64,000 nucleotides of DNA from an uncultured Actinomycetes bacterium (GTDB lineage: Bacteria; Actinomycetota; Thermoleophilia; Gaiellales; Gaiellaceae): NCBI GenBank assembly GCA_963767525.1, contig CAVYEH010000002.1, positions 58,149 to 122,148 on the forward strand. The letters run 5' to 3'. The notes beneath the pieces were generated by a model that had not been told where the DNA came from, made no database searches, and saw nothing but the letters and a program-made list of their open reading frames with translations. Shown one piece after another: positions 1 through 8,345 of this stretch (positions are counted from its first letter, which is position 1; each line of letters opens with the position of its first letter). A program made the translations under genes and the position numbers.

Positions 1-1
1 C

Positions 2-643
2 CGAACGGTTTACGGAGTCCACCAGAGCGAGCAGTCCGCGGTCTACGCAAGCTTGCTGGCGACGGCGCTAGGAGTCACGATCGGCGGTGTCGCCGCGTAC
101 CGCGGGGGCGCCGTCGACGCGCTGCTCATGCGCCTTGCGGACGTGCTGAGCGTTTATCCGGCTCTGATGTTGCTGCTCGCCGCATACATCTTCTTCGAGC
201 CGGTCACCGTCGGGAAAGCGACGACCATCCTCGCGCTCTACCTCTGGATTCCGATCGCACGGGTCGTGCGAGGTGAGATCTTCTCGCTCCGTGGGCGGGA
301 GTTCGTGCAGGCGGCGATCGCGAGCGGGGCGTCGGATACCCGGATTTTCTTCCGGCATCTCCTGCCAAACGCGGGGAGCACGATCGTCATCGCGGCCACC
401 GCGGTATTTGGCCAGGTGATCATGCTCGAGGCGACCGTCGAGTTCTTCGGGCTCGGGATCGGCGATCAGCAGACGCAGACGATCGGGAACCTCATCGGCG
501 ACGGTCAGCGCGCCGTCCTGGGGCAGGGCTGGGGCTGGTGGGGCTGGGCCGGTCCTGCGGCCGTTCTCGTCGTGATCATCGTCTGCGCCAACCTCCTCGG
601 CGACGGCATCGCGGACGCGCTCAGGCCGACCCGCCGGCGGTAG
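2..643 (+). CDS. ABC transporter permease, DppC/OppC family (5'-partial, runs off window start)
   Basis: C-terminal permease motifs (…SVYPALMLLLAAYIFF…, …REFVQAAIASGASDTRIFFRHLLPNAGSTIVIAATAVFGQVIMLEATVEFFGLG…); reading frame is open to position 2. Confidence 0.7.
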   Translation, partial: RTVYGVHQSEQSAVYASLLATALGVTIGGVAAYRGGAVDALLMRLADVLSVYPALMLLLAAYIFFEPVTVGKATTILALYLWIPIARVVRGEIFSLRGREFVQAAIASGASDTRIFFRHLLPNAGSTIVIAATAVFGQVIMLEATVEFFGLGIGDQQTQTIGNLIGDGQRAVLGQGWGWWGWAGPAAVLVVIIVCANLLGDGIADALRPTRRR

Positions 644-658
644 CGCGCCAGCTGCTCA

Positions 659-731
659 TGCGCCCGGCAGGAATCGAACCTGCGACCTCGCGCTCCGGAG
701 GCGCGCGCTCTATCCCCTGAGCTACGGGCGC
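659..731 (-). tRNA. tRNA-Arg (anticodon CCG)
   Basis: Reverse complement GCGCCCGTAGCTCAGGGGATAGAGCGCGCGCCTCCGGAGCGCGAGGTCGCAGGTTCGATTCCTGCCGGGCGCA folds as a cloverleaf; anticodon loop CUCCGGA; T-arm GGTTCGATTCC. Confidence 0.85.
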
Positions 732-762
732 GGGGAAGAAGAGGGAGTGTAGCCTCGCCCTC

Positions 763-1783
763 GTGGAGGTCTCCGCGCGCATCGTGACCCTGCAGCTCGC
801 GGAGACGTTCGTCATCTCGCGCGAGTCGAACGACACGGCGACGTCGCTCGTCGTCGAGTTGCGGCACTCCGGCGTCTCGGGCTTCGGCGAGGCGGCGGCC
901 ATCGCGCGTTACGGCGAGTCGGCGGAGTCGGCGCTCGCGTACGTCGAGGAGCACGCCGGCGCGCTGGGCGACGATCCGTTCGCGCTCGAGGATGTCTTCG
1001 CGCGGCTCCCCGCGCGTGAGTTCGCGGCGCGCGCCGCGCTCGACGCGGCGTTCCACGACCTCCAGGGAAAGCTCCTCGGGCAGCCGGTGTGGCGGCTTCT
1101 CGGCCTGCGGCGCGCCGGGCCGCCGACGAGCTGGACGATCTGGCTCGGCGATCCCGACGACATGGCCCGCCGCGCCGAGACGCGCGCTCGGCCGCTTCCG
1201 GCGCCTCAAGCTCAAGCTCGGCGGGCGCGACGGGCTCGACGTCGAGCGCGTGCGCGCGGTGCGCAGCGTTGCGAGCGACCTCCCGCTGCAAGTGGACGTC
1301 AACGAGGCATGGAGCGCGGACGAGGCGCTCGAGTATCTCCCGCAACTCGGCGAGCTCGGCGTCGCGTACTGCGAGCAGCCGCTGCCCGCCCGCGACCCGG
1401 CCGGGCCGCGCGTGAAGGAGCACTCGCCGGTACCGATCTACGTCGACGAGGACTGCCACACGCTCGCCGACATCGCCGCGTGCGCCGACCGTGGGCATGG
1501 CATCAACGTCAAGCTCGCGAAGTCGGGCGGGATCCGCGAGGCGATGCGCATGGTGCACGCGGCGCGCGCGCTTGGGCTCGGCTGCATGCTCGGCTGCATG
1601 GTCGAGGCCGGCCTCGGGATCTCCGCCGCGGCGCAGGTTGCGTCCCTCTTCGACCACTGCGACCTCGACGGCAACCTCCTCCTCGCCCACGATCCGTGGC
1701 CGGGCGTGCCGTTCGTCGACGGCGTTCAGCTTCCGCCCGACCAGCCCGGACTCGGAGTGCATGAAGTACCTGCTGCTCGCTGA
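763..1783 (+). CDS. Enolase-superfamily dipeptide (L-Ala-D/L-Glu-type) epimerase; reading frame shifts near 1185-1195
   Basis: N-terminal capping domain (763 frame) and barrel domain with LKLKLGG ... VDVNEAW ... YCEQP ... YVDED ... KLAKSGG motifs (992 frame); the two halves are in different frames. Confidence 0.75.
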
Positions 1784-2786
1784 AGGCTTCTCGGCCGACC
1801 CGCACTACGGCAAGACGGCGCACGGCGTGCTGCGGTTCCGGCGCGAGGACGTCGTCGCGATCCTCGACTCGACGCGCGGCGCCGGCGAGACGGAGGACGG
1901 AGTGCCGGTCGTCGCGACGGTCGAGGCTGCGCTGCCGTTCGGCCCGACCGCTGCGGTCGTCGGTGTCGCGACGCAGGGCGGCCGCTTCCCGCCGGAGTGG
2001 ATCGCGATTCTCCGCAGCTGCATCGAGCACGGCATCGACATCGAGAACGGGCTGCACGTGTTCCTCTCCGACGACCCGGAGCTGAGCGCGCTCGCGGCCG
2101 CGCGCGGCGTCGAGCTGCGCGACCTCCGCCGCCCGCCGGCCGACCTCTCGACGGCGACGGGCGCAAACCTCGAAGTTCCCGCGACGATCGTCCTCACGGT
2201 CGGCTCCGACTGCGCGATCGGGAAGATGACCATGGGGCTCGAGCTCGACCGCGAGGCGCGCCGGCGCGGGATCCGCTCCGTATTCGTCCCGACCGGCCAG
2301 ACGGGGATGCTGATCGCGGGGTGGGGGATGGCGGTCGACGCGGTCGTCGCGGACTTCATCGCCGGCGCTGCCGAGCGGCTCGTCGTCGAGGGGCACGAGC
2401 GCGGCGGCGATCTCCTCTGGGTCGAGGGGCAGGGCTCGCTCATCCATCCGGTCTACTCGGGCGTCACGCTCGGCCTGTACCACGGCAGCACGCCGCACCT
2501 GCTCGTGCTGTGCCACGAGGTGGGGAGGACGGAGATCGAGACCGCCACCGGGGGGACGCATCCGATCCCGCCGCTCGCGGAGCTCGTCGAGCTGCACGAA
2601 CGGATGGCGCTACCGGCGCGCCCGGCGCGCGTCGTCGCCGTCGCGCTCAACACGCGGCGCGTCGGCGAGGACGAAGCGCGCGCGGCGATCGCCGCGGCCG
2701 AGGCGGAGACGGGCCTCCCGGCCGACGATCCGGTGCGTTTTGGCTCAGCCAAGCTGGTTGACGCGGTCATCGCAAATCACCCTTGA
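1761..2786 (+). CDS. DUF1611-family protein (often paired with dipeptide epimerases)
   Basis: Starts MKYLLLAEGF...; Rossmann-like motif (VLTVGSDCAIGKMT); start overlaps the epimerase stop; high GC3. Confidence 0.65.
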   Translation: MKYLLLAEGFSADPHYGKTAHGVLRFRREDVVAILDSTRGAGETEDGVPVVATVEAALPFGPTAAVVGVATQGGRFPPEWIAILRSCIEHGIDIENGLHVFLSDDPELSALAAARGVELRDLRRPPADLSTATGANLEVPATIVLTVGSDCAIGKMTMGLELDREARRRGIRSVFVPTGQTGMLIAGWGMAVDAVVADFIAGAAERLVVEGHERGGDLLWVEGQGSLIHPVYSGVTLGLYHGSTPHLLVLCHEVGRTEIETATGGTHPIPPLAELVELHERMALPARPARVVAVALNTRRVGEDEARAAIAAAEAETGLPADDPVRFGSAKLVDAVIANHP

Positions 2787-2787
2787 C
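2780..2787. repeat. 8-bp target-site duplication CCCTTGAC (left copy)
   Basis: Identical octamer CCCTTGAC immediately outside both terminal inverted repeats (2780-2787 and 5015-5022). Confidence 0.6.
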
Positions 2788-2808
2788 GGTAACTATCCCT
2801 TGACAGGG
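2788..2808. repeat. Left terminal inverted repeat of the IS-like element
   Basis: GGTAACTATCCCTTGACAGGG; reverse-complement partner at 4993-5014. Confidence 0.6.
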
Positions 2809-2899
2809 AGTACTCTGCATGAGACAAGCCTCCTATGTCGCACGGTAGACCGCAATAACCCGAAGCGCGGAACCGCATCCGGAGTCGACGTACTCGCTG

Positions 2900-3812
2900 A
2901 TGGAGTTCATGCGCGAGTTCCCCGACGACGCGGCTTGCCTGGAATGCCTGTGGCGGACAGCGCTTCTCGGCGGATGGCGAGCACATGCCCACTGCCCGAA
3001 GTGCGAGCGTCGAGCGGAAGTTCCACACGCGTGAACGGACCGCCCGGTCCTATAGACTGCGACACCTGCCGGCCACCACATCCATCCGACCGCGTCGGGA
3101 CGATCTTCCACAAGTCGTCCACGTCGCTGCATCTGTGGTTCTACGCGATGTACCTCATCACGAGCACTCGATGCGGGATCTCGGCCAAGCAGTTGGAGCG
3201 CGAGCTTGGCGTGACGTACAAGACCGCATGGCGGATGTTCAACATGATCCGCAACGAGCTCATGGACGCAGGACGACGACAAGCCTCTGTCCGGTGAGGT
3301 CGAGGCGGACGAGACGTGCATCGGCGGCAAGACGCGCGAGTCGTACCGGCGCGAAGTAGCGCGCGAAGAGATGGAACATGCAGATCGGCCCTACTGGGAT
3401 CGAAGGCGATCGTGTTCGGCACTGTCGAGCGCGGCGGACGATCCGCGCGTCGAGGTTGTGCCGAGTAGTCGGGCCACGACCGCTCCGCCGAAGGCGTCGG
3501 GAGTACGTCCTGCCGGGCTCGATGGTCTACACCGACGACTACCACGGCTACAACGGCAGCTCGGCGCGAAGGGGTACCAGCACCAGGCGGATCAACCACT
3601 CCGAGCGGGTCTACGTCGAAGGGCGACGTTCACACGCAGACCATCGAGGGGTTCTTCTCGCCTGTTCAAGAACGGCATCCGTGGCGTCGTACCACTCCGT
3701 CTCGCAGAAGTGGCTGCAGGGCTACGTCAACGAGTATGTGTGGCGTTACAACCACCGCGACTCTGGAGCGCGCCATGTTCTCGATCTGATCGAAACCGCG
3801 CAAACCAGTTAG
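2900..3812 (+). pseudogene. IS1595-family (ISXO2-like) transposase, multiply frameshifted
   Basis: Fragments in three frames: MEFMREFPDDAACLECLWR...HCPKCER (Zn-ribbon); GTIFHKSSTSLHLWFYAMYLITSTRCGISAKQLERELGVTYKTAWRMFNMIRNELM; DDE-domain C-terminus YTDDYHGYNG...HSERVYVEG...SLFKNGIRG...YHSVSQKWLQGYVNEYVWRYNHRD. Confidence 0.7.
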
Positions 3813-4103
3813 CTAGCGGATTGGCCGCGTGGTCGTAGCCTGGTTTGACCCCCGCGCGGCCTCTTTTTACGTGGGTGGGATCCCGTTCGTCCCCGTGATC
3901 GTCTTCGGCGTCGTGATGTATCTGAGAGGGCGGCGGAGGCGGCGTAGCCTTCCTGGGCTTGGCGACCTTCTTGAAGAAGTCCATGACGTCCTTCTTCAAC
4001 GGGACGGGGATCTCGTAGCCTTGAGCGTCTTCTGCGTGGGCTGATCTTCCGAGGCCGGCGGTTGTTCTTGCACGTCCTTCTCCATTCATGGTGAGGTTAC
4101 CGC

Positions 4104-4769
4104 GTGGCTGCGAAAACGAGCGCCCAGCGGAAGCTCGCTTGGGGCATAAAACAGGCTGATCTGCTCTGCGGGGAAACCCGCGCCTTCGCTGATGCGAAGG
4201 CCTACGCGCTCCGAAAAGAGCGTGAAGACCGTTCGCCCGAGGAGGTTCACTATGAGTGTTTTGCAGTCATCCGAAAGCCGATCCCCGACCATTGGCCGCT
4301 TCTCTTCGGGGACGCGATCCAGAATCTGCGGAACGCACTTGAACACGCTGTCTACAGCGCCGCTCGGGAGAAAGGGCGACCCCAGTTCCCGATCTTCACC
4401 GACGCCTGCGAGTTCCAGGTGAGGGGGATTCCGATGATCGAGCGGGTACCCGCTCCGATAAGGACACAGATCGAGAGGGCGCAACCGTTCCAGTCTCTGA
4501 GCCCCGCCGAGTTCGACCCTCTCGCCATTCTCGCCGACCTCTCGAACTTCGACAAGCACAGAAGCCTCCCGCTCGCTGCGGGAAAGGTCGCCGTTACATG
4601 GGTTCCCGCGAGCGACGACTTCCCCGAACTCACCTTCGATTACGTCCATCCCAACTGGGAGCCTCTTCACGAAGGCACACGCGTCCTGGCGTTCACGCTC
4701 CGAGGCCCTAAAGCCGCGAAAGTGAAGGTGGATCCCGACTTCGCCTATGGCGTAGGCGTAGAGAGGTGA
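4104..4769 (+). CDS. Hypothetical protein (passenger of IS-like element); contains an Rx4H (HEPN-like) motif QNLRNALEH
   Basis: 221-aa ORF with coding-like codon bias; preferred over the fully overlapping antisense ORF 4086-4841, which has low-complexity composition; no recognisable family apart from a possible Rx4-6H motif. Confidence 0.4.
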   Translation: MAAKTSAQRKLAWGIKQADLLCGETRAFADAKAYALRKEREDRSPEEVHYECFAVIRKPIPDHWPLLFGDAIQNLRNALEHAVYSAAREKGRPQFPIFTDACEFQVRGIPMIERVPAPIRTQIERAQPFQSLSPAEFDPLAILADLSNFDKHRSLPLAAGKVAVTWVPASDDFPELTFDYVHPNWEPLHEGTRVLAFTLRGPKAAKVKVDPDFAYGVGVER

Positions 4770-4992
4770 CAAACGGGGGGCCCGAAAGCCCGAACTCGTC
4801 GGGATCGAAGACACACTTCGCCAGATCCAGCTCCGGGTCACTGAAGTCGTAGCGGCGATTGAGGGCCGCGACGAAATCGTCGTCTGGAATCGCCCCAGCG
4901 ACCCTGCCGTTTCCTACGTGGCTCACTGAGAGAGGTCACGGCCATAGGCCGTAGACCCTGCGCCTGCTTGCCATGCAGGTTCAGAGTCTACC

Positions 4993-5014
4993 CCCTGTGA
5001 AGGGTATAGTTACC
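4993..5014. repeat. Right terminal inverted repeat of the IS-like element
   Basis: CCCTGTGAAGGGTATAGTTACC equals the reverse complement of the left repeat with one indel and one mismatch. Confidence 0.6.
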
Positions 5015-5022
5015 CCCTTGAC
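5015..5022. repeat. 8-bp target-site duplication CCCTTGAC (right copy)
   Basis: Direct repeat of 2780-2787. Confidence 0.6.
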
Positions 5023-5062
5023 ACGCGAACAGATGTTCGTCTACTATGCGAACAGATGTTCG
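5018..5062 (+). promoter_or_regulatory. SOS-type promoter: -35 TTGACA, 18-bp spacer, -10 TACTAT, with two LexA (Cheo/SOS) boxes CGAACAGATGTTCG
   Basis: TTGACA (5018-5023), TACTAT (5042-5047); perfect CGAAC-N4-GTTCG boxes at 5026-5039 and 5049-5062; the second box overlaps the ATG at 5056, so the mRNA is probably leaderless. Confidence 0.6.
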
Positions 5063-5295
5063 GAAAGCTTCTCATTCTCGTGTGCCTCGCGGCTCTGGCC
5101 GTCGGGTACGCGGCTCACGGTTCCTCGGGTGCTGGGCCGCGGCAGACGTACGTCGTTCGTCCCGGTGACACGCTCTGGTCGATCGCGGCGCACTCGTACG
5201 CCGGCGACCCGCGTGAGGGCGTCTGGGAGATCCAGCACCGGAACCACCTCGCCACGGCGACGATCTCGCCCGGCGAGAAGCTCTTCCTTCCGTAG
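5056..5295 (+). CDS. Small LysM-domain protein with N-terminal membrane/signal segment (YneA/ChiZ-like SOS-regulated candidate)
   Basis: MFGKLLILVCLAALAVGYAA... then LysM motif YVVRPGDTLWSIAAHSYAGDP...ISPGEKLFLP; preceded by the LexA boxes above. Confidence 0.65.
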   Translation: MFGKLLILVCLAALAVGYAAHGSSGAGPRQTYVVRPGDTLWSIAAHSYAGDPREGVWEIQHRNHLATATISPGEKLFLP

Positions 5296-5308
5296 CGGTA
5301 GCGCCGTA

Positions 5309-5764
5309 CTAGGCGCGCGGCGGCAGGTCGATGCCGAACGTGTAGACCTTCTCGCCGCGGAAGAGCTTCCGCTCCGGATCCCACGGGAACCAGATCAGCA
5401 CCTTCCACTCGAGCCGCCCTTCGAGCGGCCCCTGCCCGAGCCAGGGCGCCGACTGCGTCGCCGTCACGTTCGCCTCCTCGCACACGCCCTGAGGGCCGAT
5501 CACGATGTCGGTCAGGTTGAAGACGATGTCCGGGAACGCGGTCAGCAGCTCCGTGTAGAACCGCGCCGCACCCTCGTGCCCCTCCCAGCGGTGCCCCGTC
5601 TGAACGAGCTCGTACACGCAGTCCGGCGTGAGCGTCGCAAGCAGGCCCTCGATGCTGCGCGCGTCCTCCGCGATCGAATGCGCCTTGTACAGCTCGCGGA
5701 CTTCGGTGTACGTCTCCGGCGAGAACTCGCGCCTGTACAGCTCGAGGAGGCTCGGATCGGGCAC
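5309..5764 (-). CDS. SnoaL-like / NTF2-fold protein
   Basis: 151 aa with …ATLTPDCVYELVQTGHRWEGHEGAARFYTELLTAFPDIVFNLTDIVIGPQGV…, typical SnoaL-like polyketide cyclase family. Confidence 0.55.
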   Translation of the reverse strand: MPDPSLLELYRREFSPETYTEVRELYKAHSIAEDARSIEGLLATLTPDCVYELVQTGHRWEGHEGAARFYTELLTAFPDIVFNLTDIVIGPQGVCEEANVTATQSAPWLGQGPLEGRLEWKVLIWFPWDPERKLFRGEKVYTFGIDLPPRA

Positions 5765-5773
5765 GGCCGGAGC

Positions 5774-7091
5774 CTACGCGAGAACGAGCTCCGGAATCCG
5801 CGTCTCCGTCTCGAGCCGCTCCGGCTTCCGCTCCGCAACCCGGAGGAACGCATCGACCACGGCGGGCGCGAACTGCGTGCCGCGATTCCGGACGATCTCC
5901 TCTACCGCGTCCACATAGGCCGGGAGTCGCTGTACGGGCGATCCGTCGTCATCGCATCGAACGCGTCGGCGAGCCCCACGATGCCGGCCTCGACCGGGAT
6001 CGCTTCGGCGCGTCAGCGCATGCGGGTAGCCGCAGCCGTCCCAGCGCTCGTGGTGATGAAGGATCGCAGGCACGATCGCCTGGAGACTCCTGAGGCGTCC
6101 GACGATCCGCGCGCCGTCCTCCGGATGCCGCTTGACGACCTCGTACTCGTCGTCCGTCAGGCGCTCCGGCTTCGTCAGGATCGCGTCGGGCACGCCGATC
6201 TTCCCGATGTCGTGGAAGAGGCCCGCGTAGTGGAGCGTCTCGAGGCGGTCCTCGCTGAGGCCCATCTCCCGGCCGATCTCGACGGCGATGCGCTGCACCC
6301 GGAGCGAGTGGCCGGCCGTGTACGGGTCCTTCGCATCGACCGTCTCGTTCAGGCTCGCGACTGCGTCGAGCGCGCTCTGCTCGAGCAGGCGGTTCGACTC
6401 CACGAGCCGCCGCGAGCCGCTGCGGACGAGCAGGGCGAGCGCCGCCCAGAGAGTGAGGAAGACCGCGGCGACGATGATCCAGATCATCCGCCGGCGCGGC
6501 GCCGATGAGCCTGTCGACCGAGGCCGGGTTCGCGTAGATCTCGTACGCGCCGATCACCTGCCCCGACCGCGAGCCGACGATCGGGGCGTAGACCTGGAGG
6601 AGGCTCGGGTACCCGAGATTCGCCTCGAAGTCGTCCTCCGCACTCGCGTTCGATGTCGACACGAAGCTCGCCTGCGCGAGGTTGTCGTTGACCGCGACCT
6701 CGAGCGGCCCTTCGAGCGGGAAGCGGTGTCCGATCCGCTCGCGGTCGAGATTCGTCCAGGCCAGGCGCCCGTTCGGCTCCCAGACCTTCACGGCGACGAC
6801 GTCCTGCCGCTGCGCGTTGAACGAGTCGCGCATCGCCTTGTCGCCCGACCGGTTCACGACAACGCGGTTTCCGTGCACGAGCGTGGGGCGCACGACTCCG
6901 TCGACGTAGCGGGCCAGAGACGAGCGCTCGGAGGCGACCGCCTGCTGCCACAGCGTCCGCGAAAGCGCCCAGCCGAGAACGGCGCCGCCGGCCACGAGAA
7001 TGAGTGCAGAGGCGAGGAGGAAGGCGCGCAGCAGCGTGATCGACCGGGTCAGGCCGTCGGAGCGCAGCAGTCCCCGCGTAGGCGCATCCAT
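5774..7091 (-). CDS. Membrane sensor / HD-GYP domain c-di-GMP phosphodiesterase (three frame shifts)
   Basis: N-terminal TM plus periplasmic sensor (7091 frame), second TM, HD-GYP motifs …HDIGKIGVP…HHERWDGCGYP…; true frame switches for IPVEAGIVGLADAFDAMTTDRPY then returns for LPAYVDAVEEIVRNRGTQFAP. Confidence 0.65.
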
Positions 7092-7148
7092 AAGGCCGTA
7101 TATCGCCCGAAAGCCCGCCGTGGTTTAGCCCCCTCCTAGAATCGCCGC

Positions 7149-8126
7149 GTGGATCTCGACGTCGTCTTCCTCGGCACCTCCGCCTCGGCGCCGACCGCGC
7201 AGCGCAGTCCCGCGGCCGTCGTCGTGCGTCGCGGCGGCGAACGCCTCCTCTTCGACTGCGGCGAGGGGACACAGCGACAGCTCCAGCGCTCGGCGCTCGG
7301 GCTCCCCGATCTCGAGGAGATCTTCCTCACGCACTTCCACGCCGACCACTTTCTCGGCCTGCCGGGGATGCTCAAGACGTTCGCGCTGCGCGGCCGCGAC
7401 GAGACGCCTCTCACCGTCTACGGCCCGCGCGGCCTCCGCGATCTCTTCAAGCAGCTCCAGCCGTTCGTCGGGCGGCTGCCGTATCCCACGAGCCTCGTTG
7501 AGCTCGAGCCGGGCGAGGCGGTGCCACATGGCGAGTACGCGGTCGAGGCGTTCGCCGCCGACCACGGCGTCGCTGCGCTCGGGTACGCGCTCGTCGAGCC
7601 CGAGCGGCCCGGCCGTTTCGATGTCGCCGTCGCAGACGGGCTCGGCGTTCCGGCCGGTCCGGCGCGCGGGCGTCTCCAGGCGGGGGAGGCGGTCGAGCTG
7701 CCCGACGGACGCACCGTCACGCCCGACGAGGTGCTCGGCGAGCCGCGCCCCGGCCGGAAGGTCGTCATCTCCGGCGACACCGCGCCGTCACCGACCGTCG
7801 TCCAGGCGGCGTACGGAGCCGACCTGCTCGTCCACGAGGCGAGCTTCCTCGCGGAGGAGGCCGACCGCGCCCGCGAGACGAACCACTCCACCGCGGCCGA
7901 GGCCGCCGAGGTCGCGCGGCTTGCGCAGGTTCGCCTCCTCGCGCTGACGCACGTCTCGCCGCGGTACTTCGGGCCTGAGCTCGCGGAAGAAGCGCGGGCC
8001 GTCTTCCCCGACACCGTCGTCCCGCGCGACTTCGACGTCATCGAGGTGCCGTTCGTGGAAAGGGGCGCGCCGGCGCTGGTCGAACGCGGCGCCCGCCCGC
8101 CACGTCCTATGATCACGACGGAATGA
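7149..8126 (+). CDS. rnz: Ribonuclease Z (tRNA 3'-processing endonuclease)
   Basis: MDLDVVFLGTSASAPT...HFHADH metallo-beta-lactamase motifs; 325 aa. Confidence 0.85.
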   Translation: MDLDVVFLGTSASAPTAQRSPAAVVVRRGGERLLFDCGEGTQRQLQRSALGLPDLEEIFLTHFHADHFLGLPGMLKTFALRGRDETPLTVYGPRGLRDLFKQLQPFVGRLPYPTSLVELEPGEAVPHGEYAVEAFAADHGVAALGYALVEPERPGRFDVAVADGLGVPAGPARGRLQAGEAVELPDGRTVTPDEVLGEPRPGRKVVISGDTAPSPTVVQAAYGADLLVHEASFLAEEADRARETNHSTAAEAAEVARLAQVRLLALTHVSPRYFGPELAEEARAVFPDTVVPRDFDVIEVPFVERGAPALVERGARPPRPMITTE

Positions 8127-8335
8127 GCGGGATGGTCACAGCCGCGATCGCTGGCGACATCGCCGAGGCGGAGGAGATCCAGGAGATCCTCCGCAACGCG
8201 GGCATCGACTCGTCGATCGAGCAGGCGCCTGACGCCGACGCGGTCAGCGTCCTCGTCCCCGAAGGCGCCCTCGACGACGCGCAGGAAGCGATCGAGGCGC
8301 TCACCGAGCCGGACGACCCGATCTCCGAGGCGTAG
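8123..8335 (+). CDS. Small acidic DUF2007-like protein, start overlaps rnz stop (ATGA)
   Basis: 70 aa, very high GC3; alternating hydrophobic pattern resembling DUF2007 putative signal-transducing proteins. Confidence 0.4.
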   Translation: MSGMVTAAIAGDIAEAEEIQEILRNAGIDSSIEQAPDADAVSVLVPEGALDDAQEAIEALTEPDDPISEA

Positions 8336-8345
8336 TTCTCCCGGC

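Larger units (their letters stand above)
2788..5014 (+). mobile_element. IS1595-family-like insertion (2227 bp) with degenerate transposase and passenger ORF
   Basis: Terminal inverted repeats GGTAACTATCCCTTGACAGGG (2788-2808) and CCCTGTGAAGGGTATAGTTACC (4993-5014), 21/22 matching; flanked by 8-bp direct repeat CCCTTGAC; internal IS1595/ISXO2-type transposase remnants; GC lower than flanks. Confidence 0.6.

Noticed and set aside
812-1762. Long antisense ORFs throughout the window (e.g. 812-1762 minus, 15587-17977 minus 796 aa, 12421-13839 minus, 48858-50462 minus, 56001-57266 minus)
   Set aside because: They lie exactly opposite well-supported genes (epimerase, carB, pyrC, oxidoreductase, hypE/hypD), have Arg/Pro/Ala-rich low-complexity translations, and are the usual stop-codon-poor shadow frames of a ~70% GC genome.
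2781-2805. CCCTTGAC-GGTAACTAT-CCCTTGACA read as a tandem promoter or operator element
   Set aside because: Better explained as target-site duplication plus the internal part of the terminal inverted repeat of the IS-like element.
3840-3872. Possible terminator hairpin (CCGCGCGG...CTTTTTAC) after the transposase remnant
   Set aside because: The stem is short or self-complementary and the T-run is not directly adjacent; not convincing.
4086-4841. 251-aa minus-strand ORF fully overlapping the passenger ORF
   Set aside because: Its composition is Ser/Arg/Gly-rich and antisense-like; the plus-strand ORF has the coding-type codon pattern. Only one is likely real, and this remains uncertain.
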